From contig CAZGMK010000015.1 in NCBI GenBank assembly GCA_964526835.1, positions 3,983-67,982 of the forward strand: 64,000 nt of DNA, read 5' to 3'. Position 1 is the first letter of the stretch; each line of letters opens with the position of its first letter. Source of the DNA: an uncultured Ignavibacteriales bacterium (GTDB lineage: Bacteria; Zixibacteria; MSB-5A5; GN15; FEB-12). The notes below the pieces were generated by a model. It was not told the origin of the DNA, did not search any database, and was given only the letters and a program-made list of their open reading frames with translations. Positions 58,026 to 64,000 of this stretch are shown here, piece by piece. Position numbers and translations under genes: made by a program.

Positions 58026-59240
58026 ATGAATATACTTATCATTACCCAACACTTCCCGCCGGAGCGCGGCGCAGTACGGCGGTTGTATGAATTCGCGCGT
58101 TACTTTGTGCACCGCGGGGATAAAGTTTCGGTGATGACCGCTATCCCGAACTATCCCGACGGTATCGTGCCGGCCGAGTATAAGGGCAAATTCTTCTGCC
58201 GCGAGGAGATGGACGGAATCCAGGTCTATCGAAGCTGGGTTCTCCCGGCGGCCAATAGCGAGCCGACCAAGCGAATGGTCGGGTTCATCACCTTCCTTAT
58301 CTCCACGCTGGTCAATTCTTTCCGCGTCAGGGGCCGTTTCGACATCGTGCTGGCCTCGACCCCACCGGTCACTTCTCCGGTCGTGGGCTGGCTGATCAGC
58401 CGAATCCGAAAGACTCGCTTCGTTATTGAGGTGCGCGATCTGCAGCCTGAATCCGGTGAAGATTTCGGTAATCTCAAGCAGTCGCTCTTCACTCGTGCGG
58501 TCCGGCGGATCATGCACGGGCTGTACGCCAGGGCCGATCGTATCGTCTCGGTCACCGATGGTATCTCCAAGTATATGGAGGCCATCGGGGTTCCGCGTCG
58601 GCGTATCGCCACGATCAAGTCAGGGGTGGGCAGGGAGTTCATCGACAGCAGCTCCAACGGCATCCGCCAGAGGTTCGGTTGGGACGAGAAATTCCTGGTT
58701 CTGTATGCCGGTACCCTGGGCTGGGTGCGACCATTGGAAACCGTCGTCGAGGCGGCGCGCCGTTTGGTCGACGAGCCGAATGTGCACTTTGCGCTGATCG
58801 GCGATGGTCAGAAGCGCGAGGCGCTGGAAACCATGGTGAAAGAGTACGGCTTGAAGAACGTCTCCATTGTCGGGCTTCAGCCGCTGGATACGATCCCCTA
58901 CTTCCTGAAGGCCGCCGACGTGCTTCTGGAGAGCCTGAAGGAAGTGACGGTTGCCAAGATGGCCTTCCCTTCCAAGATGTTCGAGTATATGGCTTCCGGC
59001 CGTCCGGTTGTCTTTGGGTCCCGCATGGGTGAGGCCATCGACGAGCTTCGCCTGGCCGGCGGCGCTCTGACTTATCCTTCCGATTCTCCGGAGGAGCTCG
59101 CTGACCTGGTGCGAAAGTTGTACCGCGGTGAAATCGATTCCAAACTGCTGGGCAGCAAGTACCGGGATCACATCATCAAGCACCATACCCGCGAATCCTG
59201 GGCCGAGCAGTATCACAACTTCCTTAAGACAATCGAATAG
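58026..59240 (+). CDS. Glycosyltransferase family 4
   Basis: ILIITQHFPPE, VLYAGTLG, IGDGQ, FPSKMFEYMASGRPV. Confidence 0.95.
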   Translation: MNILIITQHFPPERGAVRRLYEFARYFVHRGDKVSVMTAIPNYPDGIVPAEYKGKFFCREEMDGIQVYRSWVLPAANSEPTKRMVGFITFLISTLVNSFRVRGRFDIVLASTPPVTSPVVGWLISRIRKTRFVIEVRDLQPESGEDFGNLKQSLFTRAVRRIMHGLYARADRIVSVTDGISKYMEAIGVPRRRIATIKSGVGREFIDSSSNGIRQRFGWDEKFLVLYAGTLGWVRPLETVVEAARRLVDEPNVHFALIGDGQKREALETMVKEYGLKNVSIVGLQPLDTIPYFLKAADVLLESLKEVTVAKMAFPSKMFEYMASGRPVVFGSRMGEAIDELRLAGGALTYPSDSPEELADLVRKLYRGEIDSKLLGSKYRDHIIKHHTRESWAEQYHNFLKTIE

Positions 59241-59745
59241 AGGCGGGCGCGAAGCCCCCATCCGAGGTTCCTTGTCTCCGGTACTGATCTGTGACAATGA
59301 TAGACACGACGCCGTGATCGGCCTGTACCGCCGATATGGGATGGCGGTCGCTTTGGCTATTCATCCAGTCCGGGCGCGATTTTCGGCTTGCATCCGCCAT
59401 TGAGCGGCTGTTTATTACCGATAGCACATACACCTTACCGCAACAGACATCCATTTGCGCTGCAGTAGATCGGTAACCCCCGAAGATCTCTGGCAGGAGC
59501 AGACGGCAATTCAAATAGCAATCGATAAAGAGAACCGGTTTCGCCGGTCGGCGACTAATGGTTCTGAGATACTCCGGATCGTTGAGTCTTCCCGGCCATC
59601 ACGGGCATGGTGGTCCGGCGGACCAACGATTGGCAAGAGAGTGGCCGCAGGGCTGCCGACACAGAAAGGAGGGACACCTGGATTAGCAACTGACTGCTCT
59701 TAATGTTCCACGCAAGCATCCAATAACCTTATGGAGGTAACAATC

Positions 59746-62700
59746 ATGCGAAGATTGCTATTGCTGCCGATTATAGCAGCTATTGTGCTGGCTGCATCTG
59801 GAACCACCTGGTCCTCGCCCGCCGATGCAGTGCCACACTCGTTCCAGCAACCGGATGGGAGCGAGATCATAATCATCGGTTTCGGCGACGAGTTCTACAA
59901 CTATCACGAGACTCCCGATGGCTATACGGCTGTGCGGGCCGATGACGGTTGGTGGCACTATGCCGCCCTAAGCGAGGAAGCGAGGTTTGAGCCGTCGGGG
60001 TACCGCGTTGGTCTTGATTCTCCGGGGGCGATGAGCGTAGGTAAGCACTTACGCGAGCTGCCAGCGGTGGTAAGTGAGCATCGCCAGCAATCCGGCTACC
60101 TTGAATTCAAGGCGGGGCTGGCCCCAGCCGCACCGCCGGCCAACAAGGATGTGCCGGTGCTGCTGATCGAGTTTCCGGATCATGCCGCCACGGAGACTGT
60201 GCAATCGTTTGATGATATGATGAACATGCCGAACTACGATGGTACCGGCAGCTTCAAAGAGTACTACATGGAGATATCCTATGGTGCTCACAATGTGACA
60301 GGTTACGTAACCGGCTGGTATACTGCTGCGGAGAATCGTAACTACTATCGTCACGACGGCGCCGACCATTCGGAGCGCTCTAACGAACTGGTGCGAAACG
60401 CGGTTGATCAGGCCGAGGCGGCAGGCGTCGACTTCAGCGCTTTCGATACTGATGGTGACGGCCGCTGCGACGGAGTGTTCGTTGTTCACCAGGGCCCGGG
60501 CGCCGAGGAGGGCGGCAACACGCAATACATTTGGTCCCACCGCTCTCGTCTGAGCAACTTCGGCCTGGAAGTAACTTACGACAATGTCCTGATTGACGAT
60601 TACATCATGATGCCCGAGTTGCAGGGCGGTTCGCATTGTGACATCGGCGTGTTCGCGCATGAATACGGTCACAATCTGGGGCTTCCCGATCTATACGACA
60701 CGGACGATTCCAACGGCGAATCCGCGGGCATTGGCCACTGGGGTATTATGGGCTCCGGCAGCTGGAACACCACGGCCAGTCCGGCGCACATGTGTTGCTT
60801 CCACAAGACCTTACTGGGCTGGCTGACGCCGACCGTGGTCTCCGGCTGGTCCCCGAGTATGGTCATTCCGCAGATCGAGACAACGCCGTTCGCCCTTAAG
60901 GTCTGGACCAACGGCGCACCCGGCAGCGAGTACTTCATGATTTCCAACCGTCAGCCCGTCGGCTTCGACCTGCACCTGCACGGCTGCGGACTGGTTATCT
61001 GGCACATCGACGAGTCGGTATCGGGAAACCAGGATGAGAACCACAAGCGCGTTGATGTCGAGGAGGCCGACGGCCTTACTCAGATGGACGACAACGTCAA
61101 CCGCGGTGATAATGGCGATCCGTGGCCCGGGGTCACGAACAACCGCAATTTCCTGTACAACACGAATCCAAACAGCCGAAGTTACAGCGGCGCGAACACG
61201 CATGTGGAGGTCAGAGACATCTCCGACTGCGGCGCGTTCATGATGGCCGATGTGGATGTGGCGCCGTACCCTGCATCAGCGCCGATATGGGGGGTGATGT
61301 CGCGCGCCGGCGACGCCATGGTCGGCAAGACAGTACGCCTGCTAAACTCGTCTTACGGTTTTGTGATGAGCACGGTCACCGACCTGTCCGGGCAGTACTT
61401 CTTTCCGGTAGTCAGTAACGGTGACTATTTCATCGAACCGGTGCTAAGCCCGGGCTGGGTCTCACTGAATGGAAAGCAGATCCCGTTGACGGTTCACGGT
61501 CATGCCGAAGTTGTCAATATCCCGGTCGCGCAGATCAGGTTTGACAACTTCCAACCGCCTCACCTGGCCACTGTCGACGATTACCTTCCTTTGGTTAGTG
61601 CCCATATATCGGTGCTCGGTGGCACGCCGACTGTCTTCGAGCCGGCTTCGATCGAGATGGTCTTCAATGGCTCTGCAGTGGATCATAGTTATGATCCGGG
61701 ATCACAGGTTGCATCGTATCAGGTCACAGACACGTTACCCAACGGTTCGTACACTGCACACCTAGATGTCGATGATATGTATGGGGATCCCGGGCCGCAC
61801 GCTTCATGGACCTTTGAAGTACTGGTACCCTACGGAAATGTCCAGGGATACGTGACCTGCGGCGGCGCCGGCGTGGGCGACGTCAACGTCCACCTCTACA
61901 ATGCCGGTGGCTGGGTTGCGACGACAACCACGGCTCCGGACGGATTCTATCGATACGACCACATGAACGTCGGCAACGGCGATTACCACGTGAGGATCCA
62001 GGTCCCCGATTGCTATGGCCCTGCTTCCGACACTATCGTCGACGTGACAGTCTTCGGCTGGCCCGATGCCGAGGCCGACTTCGAACTGCTCCGCATATAC
62101 GCCTCTGATCTTGCCCCGGCCCCGGGTACAACTGTTGATACCTGCCAGACCACGATCAGCGCACAGCTCAACGTCTTGGGTGGCACGCTGGCCGATGTCG
62201 ACCCGGCCAGCATTGTCATGATGCTCAATGGCGGCGTCGTGCCTCACAGCTACAATCTGGCCACCGGGTTGATTAGCTATTTCACCGATCCACCCCTGCC
62301 GAACGATGACTACACTGTAACCATCGATGTCGACGACATGCTGGGCTACTCGGCCTGCCGGACCGACTGGCAGTTCGACGTACTTCAGCCATACGGAGAC
62401 GTCGCGGGCACGGTCACGGATAACGGTAACGGTGGAGCAGGCCTGCTCGGCGTTCCCATTGCCCTGGTCAATCCGGCCGGTGACACCCTGGCCAAGACTG
62501 TTACGGAAGCTGACGGTTCGTTCTTCTTCGGGCATATCGACAACGGCGGGTATATCGTCGCGATCTGGCAGATGCCGCTGGGCTATCTGCCGGAATTCTC
62601 AGCCTCGTTGCCCGTCACTGTCTTCGGCTGGCCTTCCGCTGAGGCGCACTTCCCGCTCAATCGCGATGCCAGCCCGCCCGGATGCGATGGTCGCAGCAAC

Positions 62701-63432
62701 TTCTTCTGGGCCTGGGAAGTCTGGGGAGCAATACAGAACTATCAGGGTCTGAGATACACCCGCGACGACATCATCTGTTTCCGCGAGAAGGTCCATGCCC
62801 ATTTCGATCCATGGATACCGCACTTCGTGGAGGTTGAAACGCTTCGGGATATGTTCTGCACCCTCTTCCGCTTCTGGAATTCCACCTGCCGCCAGGAGGC
62901 TATGTCCCACTACTATGCCCTGTTGCTCAACCTGGCCTCCGGCCGCATCAATACATATGACCTGGTATCTGAGGATGGGGTCACGGCTGCGCAGGCAGTC
63001 CTGTACATATCACAGTTGCTGGAGACGGGCGATCCAGATGATACCAAGCTGGCCCTCGGCCTGGCCCGGGCGGTCAACTGGGAGTGGTGCATACTGCCCC
63101 CCGGCTGGATTCCGCTCACTACCCCCAACATTGCCTTCAAGGATGGTGGCGAGGTGTCCGCACTGCCGACAGAGTTTGAGTTGAGCCAGAACTACCCGAA
63201 CCCCTTCAACCCGACCACCGACATCCGACTCGCTCTTCCGAGGTCCTGCGAGATCCGTCTGGATGTCTTTAACGTGCTGGGTCAGAGGGTAACTACTCTG
63301 GTCGATGGCGCCCTGCCCGCCGGGTACCACACGATCACCTGGGACGCCACCGGAAGTGCGACCGGTGTCTACTTCTACCGGGTGGTAACCGACGAATTTG
63401 TTACCAGCCGCAAGATGGTCTTGGTCAAGTAA
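59746..63432 (+). CDS. Secreted M6 (immune inhibitor A-like) metalloprotease + CnaB/Ig repeats + T9SS-like CTD
   Basis: GGAGG RBS before MRRLL; GDEF propeptide; FAHEYGHNLGLPDLYD, WGIMGSGSW; three CnaB-like and two Ig-like repeats; QNYPNPFNP...RKMVLVK. Confidence 0.95.
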   Translation: MRRLLLLPIIAAIVLAASGTTWSSPADAVPHSFQQPDGSEIIIIGFGDEFYNYHETPDGYTAVRADDGWWHYAALSEEARFEPSGYRVGLDSPGAMSVGKHLRELPAVVSEHRQQSGYLEFKAGLAPAAPPANKDVPVLLIEFPDHAATETVQSFDDMMNMPNYDGTGSFKEYYMEISYGAHNVTGYVTGWYTAAENRNYYRHDGADHSERSNELVRNAVDQAEAAGVDFSAFDTDGDGRCDGVFVVHQGPGAEEGGNTQYIWSHRSRLSNFGLEVTYDNVLIDDYIMMPELQGGSHCDIGVFAHEYGHNLGLPDLYDTDDSNGESAGIGHWGIMGSGSWNTTASPAHMCCFHKTLLGWLTPTVVSGWSPSMVIPQIETTPFALKVWTNGAPGSEYFMISNRQPVGFDLHLHGCGLVIWHIDESVSGNQDENHKRVDVEEADGLTQMDDNVNRGDNGDPWPGVTNNRNFLYNTNPNSRSYSGANTHVEVRDISDCGAFMMADVDVAPYPASAPIWGVMSRAGDAMVGKTVRLLNSSYGFVMSTVTDLSGQYFFPVVSNGDYFIEPVLSPGWVSLNGKQIPLTVHGHAEVVNIPVAQIRFDNFQPPHLATVDDYLPLVSAHISVLGGTPTVFEPASIEMVFNGSAVDHSYDPGSQVASYQVTDTLPNGSYTAHLDVDDMYGDPGPHASWTFEVLVPYGNVQGYVTCGGAGVGDVNVHLYNAGGWVATTTTAPDGFYRYDHMNVGNGDYHVRIQVPDCYGPASDTIVDVTVFGWPDAEADFELLRIYASDLAPAPGTTVDTCQTTISAQLNVLGGTLADVDPASIVMMLNGGVVPHSYNLATGLISYFTDPPLPNDDYTVTIDVDDMLGYSACRTDWQFDVLQPYGDVAGTVTDNGNGGAGLLGVPIALVNPAGDTLAKTVTEADGSFFFGHIDNGGYIVAIWQMPLGYLPEFSASLPVTVFGWPSAEAHFPLNRDASPPGCDGRSNFFWAWEVWGAIQNYQGLRYTRDDIICFREKVHAHFDPWIPHFVEVETLRDMFCTLFRFWNSTCRQEAMSHYYALLLNLASGRINTYDLVSEDGVTAAQAVLYISQLLETGDPDDTKLALGLARAVNWEWCILPPGWIPLTTPNIAFKDGGEVSALPTEFELSQNYPNPFNPTTDIRLALPRSCEIRLDVFNVLGQRVTTLVDGALPAGYHTITWDATGSATGVYFYRVVTDEFVTSRKMVLVK

Positions 63433-63547
63433 TCGACCGGGCCCTGACTCTTCCCCAGGGGCAGCTCATCCCAAGCTGCCCCGTTTTATCAGGTACGTCG
63501 CAATCCGGCATCGCGGTCGCGTCAAACCGAAGGTGGCCAGCTCGGGC

Positions 63548-64000
63548 CTATCCAGTGTCGCCCTCTCCGCCCCTCTTCTCCTCATCGTGTTTCATCAAGG
63601 CGCGGCGGGCCGCATCATCGACCTCGATCGCCTCGAAGCGACGCACCTTCAACGGGCAGCCCTCTTCCTCCACATTCGCGTGAGCGGATTCCCAGATGCC
63701 ACTCATGGCCCGCTCGACATTACGATACAAGTTGTTCTCGCCGATCTTCGCCACCAGCCCCGTGCGCCTCAGTACATCGAGAACATGGTCATTGCACCCG
63801 CTCATCGCAAAACGGATACCCTGGCCGTGCAGGCGATCGATCAGCACCGAGAGGGCATCGACCCCCGACGAGTCGATCTCGTTGATGCCATTGCCGACGA
63901 TCAGCACGTAGCGCAGCTTGGGAAGCTTTCGCACGCAGTCGAGAACCTGGGATTCGAGGTAGTCGACGTTGGAGAATATCAGTGATCCGCCATACCGGAT
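63548..64000 (-). CDS. C-terminal STAS domain of a SulP-family anion transporter (5' part outside the window)
   Basis: Frame open to the window edge: IRYGGSLIFSNVDYL...INEIDSSGVDAL...VLDVLRRTGL. Confidence 0.85.
   Translation of the reverse strand: MRYGGSLIFSNVDYLESQVLDCVRKLPKLRYVLIVGNGINEIDSSGVDALSVLIDRLHGQGIRFAMSGCNDHVLDVLRRTGLVAKIGENNLYRNVERAMSGIWESAHANVEEEGCPLKVRRFEAIEVDDAARRALMKHDEEKRGGEGDTG

Overview
GC-rich bacterial window, most likely Candidatus Zixibacteria (FCB superphylum). This is inferred from dockerin repeats of the form DISDLVYLVxYMFxGGP, NYPNPFNP T9SS-type-A/FlgD-like tails, and a SecA with an FCB-type insertion. Layout: (1) 1-3.9 kb, small unrelated minus-strand genes: a secreted beta-helix protein missed by the ORF track, a GNAT, an outer-membrane-type protein and a frameshifted TIR gene. 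(2) secA. (3) A repeat-flanked accessory island at 7.1-13.2 kb with a three-gene methylase/helicase-nuclease locus. (4) A TPR membrane protein and two HDOD proteins. (5) The main feature, an ~25 kb plus-strand cluster (18.5-43.9 kb) of eight secreted modular proteins built from cohesin-like domains, dockerins, cadherin-like Ig repeats, a subtilase and T9SS-like tails. (6) A degenerate GH35, ggt, a diguanylate cyclase-nagZ-anmK-SpoIID-OmpA run, a tetraheme cytochrome, a GT4, an M6 protease and a partial SulP. Best candidate for an undescribed system: a non-cellulolytic cohesin-dockerin surface assembly. Each secreted protein in it ends either in a symmetric C-terminal dockerin or in a T9SS-like sorting domain, never both, and two dockerin classes are distinguishable. 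All domain calls are by eye from motifs; no searches were run.
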